Shown: one piece after another, positions 43,464-57,028 of the stretch
Numbering within the stretch: the stretch's first letter is position 1
Layout: each line of letters starts with the position of its first letter
Assembly (NCBI RefSeq): GCF_009914755.1
Contig: NC_060925.1
Strand: one strand, 5' to 3'
Source: the human T2T-CHM13v2.0 reference genome, Homo sapiens
Length of the DNA stretch: 64,000 nucleotides
Notes under the pieces: generated by a model
What the model was told of the DNA's origin: nothing
Seen by the model: only the letters and a program-made list of their open reading frames with translations
Database searches by the model: none
Position numbers and translations under genes: made by a program

Positions 43464-44754
43464 GGGGTGAAGGGGCCAAGATGGCCAATTAGAAGCAGCT
43501 GCTATGGGTGGCGCTCATGGAGAGGAATTAAAGGGGCGAGTAAATTCAGCACCTTTAATTGAAATATCCTGGTACTCGAATTAGGCCTGATCAGGGAAAC
43601 AACTTGACCCATGGAGAACAGAGGAAAGCAGGGCAGTGCGACGGCCCACCTGGGAGCAACACAGAGACAAGGGAACCCCCACTCCCAGCCAAGGGAAGCA
43701 GTGAGTGAATGTGTGACCCCAGGAAACTATGCTTCTCCCACAGATCTTTGCAACCCTTGGTTCAGGAGATTCCCTCGTGAACCCACTCCACTAGGGTCTT
43801 GGGTCTGACACACAGAGCTGTGTGGAGTCTCGGCAGAGCTGCTGCTCAGGCATGCACAGAGACCCAGGAGGTTTACTTACTCCTACCCCAGGACCCCAGA
43901 GAAAGGTAACTGCAACTCAGGCAAGGCGGGAGGTCTGCACATACCCTCTAGGAAGGGAGCTGAATCCAGCGGGTCGGGTCGAGCAGCACCCTTCTGCGGG
44001 CCCCACTTCCACGGCACCTCACAAGATAAGACCAACTGGCTTGGAATTCTAGCCAGCCACCGGACACAGGGTAGTGCCTGCCTCAGAAGGGACTAAACCC
44101 TTCAGGAGGAGGGACAAGCCGCCATCTTTTCTGTTTGGACGACTCAGCCATTCCAGCCTGCAGACTTTGGAGAGTCCAAATAGTACAGAAGAAAAAGGGA
44201 TCCCCCAATACAGTACAGCTGCTTTACCAAAACGTCTGTTTTACCAGACTGCTTCTTTAAGCAAGACCCTGGTCCATTCCTCTTTACTGGGTGGGGCCTC
44301 CCAGCCTGGCCTCCAGCCACCCGGCCTGTATTCTAGCGACAGAACTCTGATCTCTCCCTGGGACGGAGAGCCCGGCGGGAGAGGCAGGCTGCCACCTTTG
44401 TTGTTTGGATGACTCAACCAGACTATCCTGCAGACTTCAGAGAGCCTAAATGGTCTGGGTGTGGAAGGTAACACAGCACAACACAGCACTGAACCTTTTA
44501 CAAAACATGGCCAGACTGCTTCTTTAAGTAGGACCCAATTCATTCCTTCTCAGGACCTCCCAGCCAAGGCCTCCAGCCACCCTTACCCATATTCTAGACA
44601 TAGCTCTGATCTCTCCCTGGGAAGGAGTTCCGGCGGGGAGGAGGAGGCCACCACCTTTGCTGTTTGGGCGACTCAGCCATTCCAGCCTGAGGGCTTTGGA
44701 GAGTCCAAGCTGACCAGGGCAGAGGTGGTTCCCAAGCACAGAGGGGCTGCTTTG
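43464..44754 (+). mobile_element. Isolated L1 5'UTR (older primate L1, about L1PA13-16 type) with ~265-bp internal repeats
   Basis: Begins GGGG...CAAGATGGCC (YY1 site 43477-43486); GC-rich; no ORF1 follows. Confidence 0.75.
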
Positions 44755-45507
44755 TCTAGGAGAGAGAGGCAAGGAAAGAGGGAGGCTAGTTTGTTAGTTG
44801 TTTGCTTTTCTCCCTTCCTGACCTCTGACCACATTTGAATGCCCTTTTGAAAATGTCTACTTATTCAGGATGAAGGCAAGTCTTATAGGTGAAAATTCTT
44901 CAGTATAGAATGATAACATTTCTGAGGTGACAATGTTGATGGAAGAAATGGACAAATTCCTTGGAAAATACAACTTACCAAAACAGATTTAAAAAGAAAT
45001 AGGAAACCTGAATAAACAAATAACTAGTAAAGACAATTAATAAGGAATTTAAAACTTCCCATCAAATAAAACACCAGGCCAGATTATTTCATAGGTGAGT
45101 TATAACCAATTTTCAAGGAGCAGAAACCCACAAAGAATGGAAATGGTGGAAAACTTCATTGTTCCATAAAGTCTGTATAAGTCTAATGCCAAAACCAAGA
45201 AAGGACAGTAGGAGAAAGAAAAATTATCCATCTATCCCACTCCTGTATATTGTTGCCAAGGATTTTAAACAAAACACTAGTATAGGATATTCTCATTGTG
45301 GAATAATATTTCACAGGGAAAATAAATTAACTTTAGTAAAACCCAATGTTATAAGTGAATCTTAGTAACATCAAGTTTAACAAGCCAGTTTCAGAAGAGT
45401 AATTATTACATTATACTGATGTTACAATGCTCCAAGACAATGAAAATTAATATATTATTTAACTATACATACGTACCTGAAAAAACTATTTTAAAAACAT
45501 AAAATTC

Positions 45508-45898
45508 TATTTCTGGTTCTAGATCCTTGAGGAATCGCCACACTGTCTTCCACAATGGTTGAACTAATTTACACTCCCACCAACAGTGTAAAAGCGTTCC
45601 TATTTCTCCATATCCTCTCCAGCATCTGTTGTTTCCTGACGTTTTAATGATCGCCATACTAACTGGCATGAGATGGTATCTCATTGTAGTTTTGATTTGC
45701 ATTTCTCTAACCACAAGTAATGATGAGCTTTTTTTCATATGTTTTTTGGCTGCATAAATGTCTTCTTTTGAGAAGTGTCTGTTCATATCCTTTGCCAACT
45801 TTTTGATGGGCTTGTTTTGTTCTTGTAAATTTGTTTAACCTGCATGTTCTGCACATGTGTCCCAGAACTTAAAGTATAATAATAATAATAATAATAAA
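45508..45898 (+). mobile_element. Twin-primed L1PA7/8-like insertion: inverted ORF2 piece (45508-45838) plus short 3' end and (AAT)n tail
   Basis: Orientation switch at about 45837; TSD CATAAAATTC at 45498 and 46215. Confidence 0.88.
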
Positions 45899-46222
<324 letters not shown>

Positions 46223-48205
46223 TCAGGATAATTATTCTGAGGAGCAAAAGAACGATTCAAGTTATTGATATTGTTCTTTTCCTTAGATTCGATGGTGGGT
46301 TGAGTAGTCTTATGTTATTTAAAAAATAAATAAAAGGGCCATAAATAGACCAATAATGACAGTATATATGAAACAAGAATTATGATTTATCTAATTCAGC
46401 ACATCTAAAGTCCTTATAATAAATTTAAAATTAAAGACTGGGTTTTTCAAGGCCAGGAACATGATGGTCGAGATGACAGAAAGGACTCAGGCTAACCCTC
46501 CTTGTTCAGTTTGGCCATGGTAAACTCAATCCAACTGGAAAAATACCACTATTTAAATTTGTGGGACTTCCATTTATAAAACCCTATCATAAAATCTGCC
46601 CCCAGAGAACTTTGGTTAAGCCTGGATAACCACAGGCTTCCCAAACTAAGAGCAGATGCAGGCTCCTACAATTGACCAGGTTTCAGATTGTAATGAAATA
46701 GGCAAGTTAAGAAGCCTAGGTTTAATTCTGTCTAGACACTATCATCTGTTGCTTGTGTAGCCATGAGTAATAATTATAATTATAAGCATCCCTGAAGTCA
46801 TGTGCAAGCTGTTAAAGTACGTTCATACACATTGTTTCCATTCCATACTGACAAGCCTGTACAGTAAGCATGGAAACTGGCATGGCAAGTGCTGTTATTT
46901 AAGTACGTAGATAAGGAAACTGAAGCATAACAAAGTGAAAGGGAACACAGTAAAACCAGAACCCAAATCCAGTTCCTTCTGATTCCAGGTCTAGTCCTTT
47001 TTCTACTATATCAAATGACCTCATACTTCTCTTTTCTGAAACTAAAAATTTGGAAGGTGATTTGACAATTTACATCCTTGAAAATATTCATACGCATTGA
47101 CTCATGACACTTCAAGAAATCATACTCAAAGATTTAACATGAAAGGTGCCAAAAATATTACTACCTAATCATTATTATTAATGATAGTTATCCATAATGG
47201 CAGGTACTAAGAACTACATAGACTGTCCCAGCTAATCCGAGTGTTAGCATTCACACTTTATAAACTAGGAAATAGGTGCAGAGACTTTTGAGTTAAGATT
47301 TAATGAAGATCGTATGGTCAGAAATTAAACCCATAGGCTGAATCTGAAGCCCATGGTCTTCAATATTGTATTAAGTGGAATCATTATGGTCACAAGTGAT
47401 TCTCCCTAGGAATTAGGCTCATAGATCCCCTACCAACTATTTGGCACTGTAGCAAGACTGTCAGCCAGAGAAAGCATTTTAAAACTCCATTTATAGCCAT
47501 GTGTGGAGGGACAAAGAGGGGTCCAGGGGAAGACAGTGAAGTGTGGCAAAAGAAATTCCTACCACAAGCAGATTTTATTGCTGAGCCTGGTTTTATGTCC
47601 AACTGATAGTCAATTCCAGTTTGAAGCTAGGGAAGGCTTGGAGTTCTTGTCAAATAAACCAGCTCCACCAATTTTTCTGTGTTACATTTGGTAAGCCATT
47701 TAATCTCTGAATACACACAGCCACTGGTTTCCAGACATATATTCAACTGCCTGCTGGACATATACACTTTATTGTCTAATAGGCATCTTAGACTTCATAT
47801 GGCCAAAACAGAATTTTTGATATATCATTCTCAAAATCTGCTTCTCCCACAGCCTTCTCCATTTCAGTAACTGACACGACACAACCATTCACTCCGTTGC
47901 TCAGGTCAAAAGCCTATGAGTCATTTTTTATTTCTTCTTTCTCTCAAACTCCACCTAAGCAAGTCATGTTGACGCAACCATAAAATATATTCAAAACCTG
48001 TTCACTTCTATTATTATCACTCTTATCCAAGCTACCATTTCTCATCTGGACCACTGCAACTGTTTCCTAACTGGTCTTTTAATCTTTTCTGTATATAATT
48101 CATTCTCTACACACTAATCAGGGTGGTTTTTCTGTAAACATAAGTCAAATTGTGTTATTTCACTGCTTAAGACACTCTAATGATTTCCTAACACACGTAG
48201 AATAA

Positions 48206-48515
<310 letters not shown>

Positions 48516-48656
48516 TAAAATCTGAACTTTTTACTTTGTACTACAAAGGCATATGATATCTGGCCTTGTGTAACTTTTCAATCTCATTTTAGACTTATCT
48601 TCCCATCAGACACTACTCTCTCACTACATTTGTGTGTTCTTTTTTCCTAAATGGCA

Positions 48657-49227
48657 TATGTTAGTCTGGGTTCTCCAGAGAGAAAGAACCAATATGAGAT
48701 TTTATATATATGATATATACAATATTTATTTATTATAAGGAATTGGCTCACACATTTATGGAGACTTAAAATCCCAGGATCTGCAGTCAGCAAGCTGGAG
48801 ACCTAGGAGACCCAATGGTTTATTTCCAGTCCAAGTCTGAAAACCTGAGAATCAGGAAAGCCTATGGTGTAAGTTCCAGTCTGACTTTGATCTCAGGCAA
48901 GAGAAGACCAAAGCCCCCCCTGAGAATCAGGAAAGCCTATAGTGTAAGTTCCAGTCTGACTTTGATCCAAGGCAAGAGAAGACCAAAGTCCCAGCTTAAA
49001 GGCAGAGAGAGTGAATTCCATCTATTTAGACTTTTGTTCTATTTAGGCATCAATGAATTGGATGAGATCTACCCACACTGGGTAGAGCAATCTGCTTTAC
49101 TAAGTCTACGATTCAAATGTTAATCTTATCCAGAAACACTCTCACGGACACAGTGAGCATGATGTTTAACCAAATATCTGGGCCCCTGGTGGCCCAGTTA
49201 AGTTGACACATAAAATGAATCATCACA
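48657..49227 (-). mobile_element. MLT2 (ERVL) LTR with an internal 75-bp tandem duplication
   Basis: GGGTTCTCCAGAGAGAAAGAACC...AAGTTGACACATAAAATGAATCATCACA; TSD TGGCA/AGGCA. Confidence 0.85.
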
Positions 49228-52200
49228 AGGCAGCACAAAGCTTATTTTCCCCTTAAGATGTATTTATTTACTGTTCTCTGCTTACAATTATAATCCCTTA
49301 GATCTTTCTAAAACTGAGTCTTTCTTAAGATTTGACATTTCTTAATTTAAATCTTTCATCAGTCCTCCCATGATCACCCAATCTAAAGAAGGGCCTCAGT
49401 CTCTATACTTTGTACATCTTAAGCATTTATACTTACTTATCATCTTCTTCTATTAGAAAGTAAGATTCATAAGAGAAGTAATCATGCTTGTCTTATTTGA
49501 AAGTGTTTATCCAGTGCCTAGAACAGTTTCTAAACTATAGCAGGTGCCCAATAAATGCTTGCAAAATGAAAAAAATCTGTAAAATGAGGATGATAGTATC
49601 TACCTCATAAGATGGTTTAGAGATTCAATAACATGTAGAATCATTTACAATTAAGTAGGTGCTCAGAGGATATGACTCTCAATCTTGAGATTAAAAATAC
49701 ACTTGAAACCAGGATTAATATCTATCCCATTAGCTTTTTCTAATCATCTCAAGAAAAAGTTCAGCAAGTACTTTGCTTCTCAGTGTCTTGGATCTTCATC
49801 TGCAAAATGGGAACTTAAAAATTCTACCTTGTAAGGCTTCAGAGATAACTGAGATGGCATGTAAAGCACCTAAACATGGTTATCTTCTTCCTTTAGTTGT
49901 CATAAGGACCAAATGAGATAGCTGATAGGAAAAGTGTTTTATAAACTGTGAGGAGCTCTTTTACTGCAGGTTTGATATTCTCAAGCAGAGATCTGCAGAC
50001 AGACAGATGAAATCAGATTCATTAGATTCTGGCTGTCAAATAAAATATGTTTTAAAATATAAATTTTGGGCTTTTTAGAATCAAACAGGATTCTCCCTGC
50101 CAGCAAGCAGCACAAGGCTTTACTCAAAGCCGTTAACACCATACAATTCCTGCTTGGCAAAGTTAGCCCTCATATTGGCAGTCAGGATTGTCAGTTAACA
50201 GATGGGAATCTTGCTCTTGGAGCACTTTGGGGCAGGACACAGAATGCTCTGGGTAAAACACTTGTGTGCACAGTAATCCACTGGTCATCACATCCTTATT
50301 TCTTATACCTGCTCATTTAGGTGGCCTGCGGCTCTTCAAACAGGAGGAAAAGTGAATCCCCCAGGGCAGCAACTATGATATTTAGCACCTTCTACATGGC
50401 ATAGGCTTTCATCTAGCTAGAAACTGGATTATTCATTAGACTTTTTCCTATAAATGTATGGATTTCAATGATAGTCTGTGCCTTCTCTGAAATGTAAAAC
50501 CTGATCATCAGCAAAGGCATACTTTGTGAGCTTCTATTTCTATTGCAAAGTGCCAATCTCCACTGGGTCCTATTTCAACCATTATTTAACATTTATTGAG
50601 CACCAATAATGCACCAAGATCACCCTCTGTCTCTAATCTTGTCATTAATGATCCATCAGGCTCCTGTGGGTGATGGGAAGGAGGAGAAAACAAGTAATTA
50701 TTAGTGCGATATTCAATCTGAATCAGTTAAATTGCCCAAATTATTGAAGTTTAGTTACTTAAATAAAAGGTTGATCAAACTTCTGCAATGAAAACCTAAA
50801 GCATCTATCTTACTGTCTTTAAAAAGCTTAGAGGAGTAATGGAGAGATAGGAGGAGGAAAACAAAACAGTCTGTTCTGTCAGCTTAAAAGGAAGTCAGAG
50901 GTGCTTGCAATAGGAAATGGCCAGACATTCCTCAAGAGAATATGGAATACATAACTTCTAAACACTTTCTCATGCTGTTCATTTAACCCGGAACACATTT
51001 CTATGCCACCTCTGCATATTAAAAATTTACTTATTAAGATAGAGCTTAAATGTCAACTCCTCCATGTAACCTGAAGTAACCTTGGTATCTTCCTAAGTAT
51101 TTCTTTCCTTCATCGTCATAAGATCTATTAGGTTTCCAAGTCCTGTCAATTCTACTTCTTACACACCTTTCACTTACTTGTATTTTAAGAGTAGAGATGG
51201 GTTTTATTCATCTCTACATATTTGTCGCACATCTTTTCCAAAACAAGTTGGGGTCCAGATCTTTGGCTCAGGCTAGGGTCTGCAGAGCCTGCCCAGGCAG
51301 GAGAGTAGAGAGGCTGGTCCATATCTGTGAACTTGGGTCTAAGAACCATTGTCTAAGACAAGGATAAAATAGTACCAGGAAGCAAGGAACTAAGTAAAAT
51401 GCCAAGGCCAAAATTCAAGGGGAAATATCTGCTCCGATGATCAGAAGCTGGTCAGGTAAGTGTGTTCAGGAGGGAGTGCTTGAAGAAGTGCTCTGAGGGT
51501 GGTGGAGGAAGCCTTTATTGGGGTATGAGTTATGGGACCAAAGGGCAGGAGTTAAGGGCTCTGGGCCAGTCTGTTTGGCATCTATCACAGTGTCTGGCAC
51601 ATATTTGGTCCTAAGTATGTGTTTTTTGAATGAATGGAGCATTACAGAATTTGCCAGCCCCCAAGGTTAGGAAGTTTCTGGTAAAGTATAACCATCAAAA
51701 CCCAGGTCCAGAGAATTAAGCATTTTACTTAAGGGACTAATGACGAAATTAGGAAATCACTCTTGTGTGATTTTCTCCTTATATTTAGAGTTGGTAATGG
51801 CCAAGAGACACCCCTCCAATCCACTTAAGGAAGAGTGCATTGTTACTGCTGGCCTTTATCTGGATAATCAAATAATAAAGTCAAACTGGCAAGCAAAGGC
51901 GAGCTCCCAGGCTAACTCTAAAATACTTTCAATGTTATTTGTTCAGTAAACTGCAGAACATTAAATTTCTATATTAAGTAAATTAAAAGGAAGAGTGCAC
52001 TTTACAAAATTAAAAAGTTCTCAGTTACTTTACGTTATTCCAATGGGAAAGTTTTCAGAGTGTGCCCTATACAATGAGATAATGTTTTTCGTGGATGGTG
52101 GACAGTGGGGAAAAGATTCCTCAGGCTCAGCACAAGTGTCACCAGGATTTTGGCTAAAATTGCACAGCTTATATCTGGGCCCTGTGGCAGAAAATGTTGA

Positions 52201-53372
52201 TCACAAGCACCCAGTTCTGAAATGCATTCATGACTGTAATCTTCTGTCTCTTATCAAGAATACAAGGATATCAAGACATGAAACACGTGAGACAGAACTG
52301 GATTGGCTCATCAAGATCATTTAGTGCTGATGTTTCTAAACTAGGCCGTAGAGAAATTTAATTCACTATGCTTTACTCCTGTTGATATATTTTACATGCT
52401 GGGCTTCTCTATAACATTTTTATTATAGAAATGGTTCTCCAGCAAAGATAATCATGGATATCAATGATCTATACAGGTATAGAGCTAAGGGCATTATTAT
52501 TGGAACAAATTTGGCATTATTCCATGGTCATGTATCCTCACTCCCTCACTTACTGTGGAATTTCAAGCTAGTCATCAAAGAGAAGTTTCCTCATCTGTAA
52601 AGTGGTGCCATGACTGTGGTAGGTATTGGTTGGATATTCATCAATACCATATTCTCTTTTTGTGAAAAACTACATATCCCAGTATACCTTGCAATTAGAT
52701 TGTTCCAAGTGACCAGGTACTAGCCAAAGGAATATGTGTGGAAATAATGCATATCACTTCCAAGCTTGGACATAAAATTCCATATGCAAAAATCCATGTT
52801 CTTTTTTTTCCCTTCCACAGCGATCTGCCCTCTGCTCCCATATCTAATTAGTGCGGTTTTTATTTTGTGACCATTCTAAGCCTGGCTAGAATTAGTACGT
52901 TTGTAAATTCTCTATGGAAAAAAAAAAAAAAAAAAGAGTGGAAGAGAACTAGACCAATCCCCACCTTGCCTGGCCTAAATCTCAGATGTCTATATTTGTA
53001 CTATCTAAGAATGTAGGTCTTTGAGAGCCTCTAACCAGTAGAATTCCACAAGCTGTTCATAGCCCTTTTCCTTCACTATTTAGCCTCTAGTGTTAATAAA
53101 TTGACACTGTTTTTTAATAAAGCCAAATCCTATCAAGACAAATGAAAACAAGGATTAACTCTATTTCATCTAAAAACTCCATTGTACTATTTATTTTCAC
53201 TATTTACACAAAAAATACTTTCATGAAAATGACTTACTCAGGTCCTTACTCCAAGAATCAGAGCATGAAACCTCAACTTAAATTTCTCTCCTTTTCATAC
53301 ATACCGCCATCAAAAATGTAAGGGCACTAGAGTAATCTTAAAAATGGATGCCCAAAGATATTTAAGTCCTAA

Positions 53373-53946
53373 TGTCAGAGACTTTCAAACCAGAGCAACT
53401 CCATATTGAAACGGGGCTGGGTAAAATGAGGCTGAGACCTGCTGGGCTGCATTTCCAGAATGTTAGGCATTCTCAGTCACAGGATGTTTACATTAATACC
53501 AAGTATTTAATGTTTACTGACCAGGGCCAGGACTTAACAGACCCAGGAAATCTCCTGATGTCCCAATATCTTAAGAACAAAAGCATTCTTAGTTTAACAA
53601 TAAGTTTTGCTTTAAAGATAGTAATATAGATTCCTGTGGAAGACAGTAGTTACACAAAGATTAACAATCCTTTGTCACAAGCCCTTGTAGTAGAGCACAT
53701 CTTCCCTATGATTTTTCTGCTTTGCTATCTTATGTATAAGCAAGCATTGTAGCTTAGGTGGACACATTCCTCCTTTTGCTTTCAGGAATGCCCTAATCTA
53801 TGTATTGAGTAGCCATTCTTTTATTCCTTTATGTTCTTGATAAATTTGCTTTCACTTTACTCTGTGGACTCCCCTTGAATTCTTTCTTGAACAAGATCCA
53901 AAAAACCCTCTCTTGGGGTCTGGATCAGGACCTCTTTCCAGTAACA
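53373..53946 (+). mobile_element. 5' LTR (MER41C/D-like)
   Basis: AACCAGAGCAACTCCAT...GGGCTGGGTAAAATGAGGCTGAGACC opening typical of MER41. Confidence 0.85.
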
Positions 53947-56942
53947 TATTCCATGACAAACCACAAAGGGACCATATTGGAGAAACCTCCAAACCAAAGG
54001 AAAATTGTATGTGCAGTACCAGTTGGCTGACTTTGGTTAAGTGGTAGAGTGTATTTTATCGCAGGTGAAAAGATAAAATAAGGTTAGAGGCCCAATATAA
54101 GAGAGTTAAAGTCCCTCCTAAGACATAGGAGGTTAAAGGCCTTTCTTAGCAAAGGACAAGATGCTTGTTGAACTTGGGTTACAGTTAGGAAGTTAGGACT
54201 TCCGAACTTAGGAAGTTTAGATTCTCTCTTAAGACACAGGGGGTTAGAGGCCCACCTCAGTAAGGCCCCTCTTGATTAAAAATAGATTTGGCACTATAGG
54301 ATGTTAACGGCTATTCTCTTTGGATTAATCTGCCTTGCATTCTTTGCTGATGGCTGTGAGTGACAGGATTAGGCGTGTGCAGGATCATAGGACGTGAGAA
54401 ACTTTTTCTCTCCCAAAGGGGGAAATTTAAGAGCTGATGAGACATCTGGAAAAGATCCCTTCATGACTGACAAGAAGCCACCTGAACTTCGGATTCAGCG
54501 TTCAGATGGGTCTTTCTCTAGCCACCCTGAGCACCTCGCCTCCCTGACCCTGCGACAGGCAATGCTTTTCTCCCTCCCCTTTCTCCTCCTCTCTCTCCTT
54601 TCCTTTTTCTAACCTTTCTGCTCTCCTAATCCTTACTTGTTTGGGTCACCTGAATAGACATCCATGGGGGACAGATTGAAATGGCTTCCCTGGTTTACTG
54701 GTCTGTGTTACCTGAATAGTTATCTGTGCAGGACAGATTGAAACCGTTGATCATCTGGGTCTGATCAGCAATGGGACAGGTCATACCCCTTCCCTGGCCT
54801 AAGTTGGTTTGTGTTCAAGTCCCAAGAAGATCATTCTCTTTTTCGCTTTTTTTCCACTCTCCCTCTCTGATGCCTCAGCCTCTCTCTGTGCGCAAGCTGG
54901 TTGAGTGAATGCTAAAAGTCACTGCTTGTCTCTTCTGCAAGGTTTTAATTGATGAGAAAAAGGATTTGTGAGATGAGTCTTAGGCTGTAGCAAATCTGGT
55001 GTACTTTGTGTCCATCTGTCACAGAGAGGTGGACACCACAGGAGAAAATGCAGGCCGAAAACAATTATAAAAAGCCCATTGTTCAAGCCACTCTGACAAA
55101 CTGGTCAGTTAAAAGCTTTGCTGCAGGTTCCTGAAACAAAAACTGATGAAGTTTCCCTCTCATTTTGTTTTATGTCTTTGGGAGCTTCACTTTGTGACCA
55201 TGTGGGGGTAATTTCTCTTGGTCCCCACCATCCAGAGGGCAGGAATTTTGCAGTTCATGTCACAGTTAAGGCCTAAAAGTTATCTTGAGCAGTTAAAAAG
55301 CTTTTGAAAGGCTTCTGGGAAGAGCACCAGAGACTGCCCAATGCTGTATTTCTGTGGCTAAGGCTTTGTCTTTTCGTGGTAGCAGTGAAGGTTCAATTTC
55401 CAGCTTAGGGAATGAGTCCTTTCTGGTTTGACATTTGTGTGACCTTTGCCATTTATTGATTCTTTTCTCCTTCATGAACAACTTCTGATTTCCTATCTTG
55501 AATTTCCTTTACCTTTGGAAATTCTAGATCTTATAAAAACTGCTTACCACCTCTTTGAAAATATCTTGTACACCCGTGGTTAAGTCACAACCTTAGTTAA
55601 GGCTTATTGGTTTCACCTGGAAGGTTACCTTTGGTAAAGGTTAAAAGCCAGAAATATTGGCCCTTTGTCCTGACTGGAGTCTGGTAATAAGAGATTTGGT
55701 TAAAAGTCAGATTAACTAAAAGTGGACAACCAAGCTATACATATATTTAAAAGACCTTTATGCTTTTTTTTTTCTTTTTGGGTCTTATTTTTTTGAAAAC
55801 AAGGATTTTTGTTTTTCTTCTCAGTCGGCCTGAATTATTTCCCCCGTCTATCTTCTTGTCACCCTCAATGCCCACATGAGAGGACCTAAGGTGAATTCTG
55901 ACAGCATAGGACTCCTTGGGAGAAATAGAGAAGGTGCCACAGACCCCGTTTTGGGAGGAACCTCTGTTTTCCTCATGGAATCCCAAGAATTGAAAGCAGA
56001 TAGATCCCTCTCAAAATCTAAGGCTCTGTTCTGTTTTGCATTGCATTTGGGGGGTATCAGAAATTACTCTGCATTATGAGAGAGCAAAAAGCCTTGCTGT
56101 GTAATAACTAGGTGGGAAATATACATTCAGAAATGGCTAATGGAAGTTATGGAGGGGATACTCAGTTCTTTGCATGTTTGGATCAAAGAAGCATACTTTT
56201 AGCCACCTGGAAAGTATAAACTCCCCCACCACCAGAGGTAAGACTTCCAACCAGGATAAACTAATTGGCTTTGGGTTGTCCACCAGCTTTGGGGAATGTC
56301 ATTGTAGTAAAACGCATGATAAAAGCATTGCACTTTCTGGTCCCCATAGCATTCCCCTCTTTTTGGGGATCCAAAATTTGACATAAAAATAGGAAAGAAA
56401 AACTTAAAAACTGGACCAAATCTACTTCTGTCTGTCCATCTGTGTATTTATGTGTCATGTGTGAAGTTTTGCTTTCAAAATATGTGAATGAGCTCTGATT
56501 AACTGGCTTAAAAATAATAAGTGTTTAAATCAACTATTTTGTGGGAAAAATATAAACCTTAACACTGTTTAGTTCATGTGACTTTAGTAATCTTTGAGAA
56601 ATAAAGTTGTAAAGATTATTGATTAAAATGCCTTCAAAATTTAGACATTTGTTCTAAATTAGGCAGGTCAGATACTGTCTTTACTACATAAACTGCTTCT
56701 TTGACTTTTGATAACTGTTCAATTTACCTAATTTAGAGCCATTAGATTCCAGGTAAATCTTGAGGACATGTAGAGTTAGCCATGCTTCCTGGCTATGCTG
56801 GAAAGAGTCAGACCTATCTGCGCTCTGTCTAGTGTCCTAGGCTTCACACCTGATACACGATTAAAATCACTTACCAGGTTTTCCACCAAAAGTAAGTTTC
56901 TAAGAGTTAACATTGTAACATATGTAATTAAGACTACTGGAG

Positions 56943-57028
56943 TGTGGCACATGTATACATATGTAACTAACCTGCACAATGTGCACATGTACCCTAAAAC
57001 TTAAAGTATAATAATAAAAGAAAAAAAA
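56943..57028 (+). mobile_element. Extremely 5'-truncated young L1 (L1PA2/pre-Ta-like)
   Basis: Last ~70 nt of L1 plus tail; perfect TSD AAGACTACTGGAG (56930 and 57029). Confidence 0.93.

Noticed and set aside
43611-44838. Several 65-125 aa ORFs with repeated peptide motifs
   Set aside because: Produced by the GC-rich tandem units of the L1 5'UTR.
52918-52935. Orphan poly(A) run as a processed-pseudogene tail
   Set aside because: No TSD and no recognisable transcript sequence upstream.
53373-53946. MER41 LTR as an interferon-inducible STAT1 enhancer
   Set aside because: That role is established for GAS-bearing MER41B-type copies; here I found only TTC-N2-GAA spacings and no canonical TTC-N3-GAA site.
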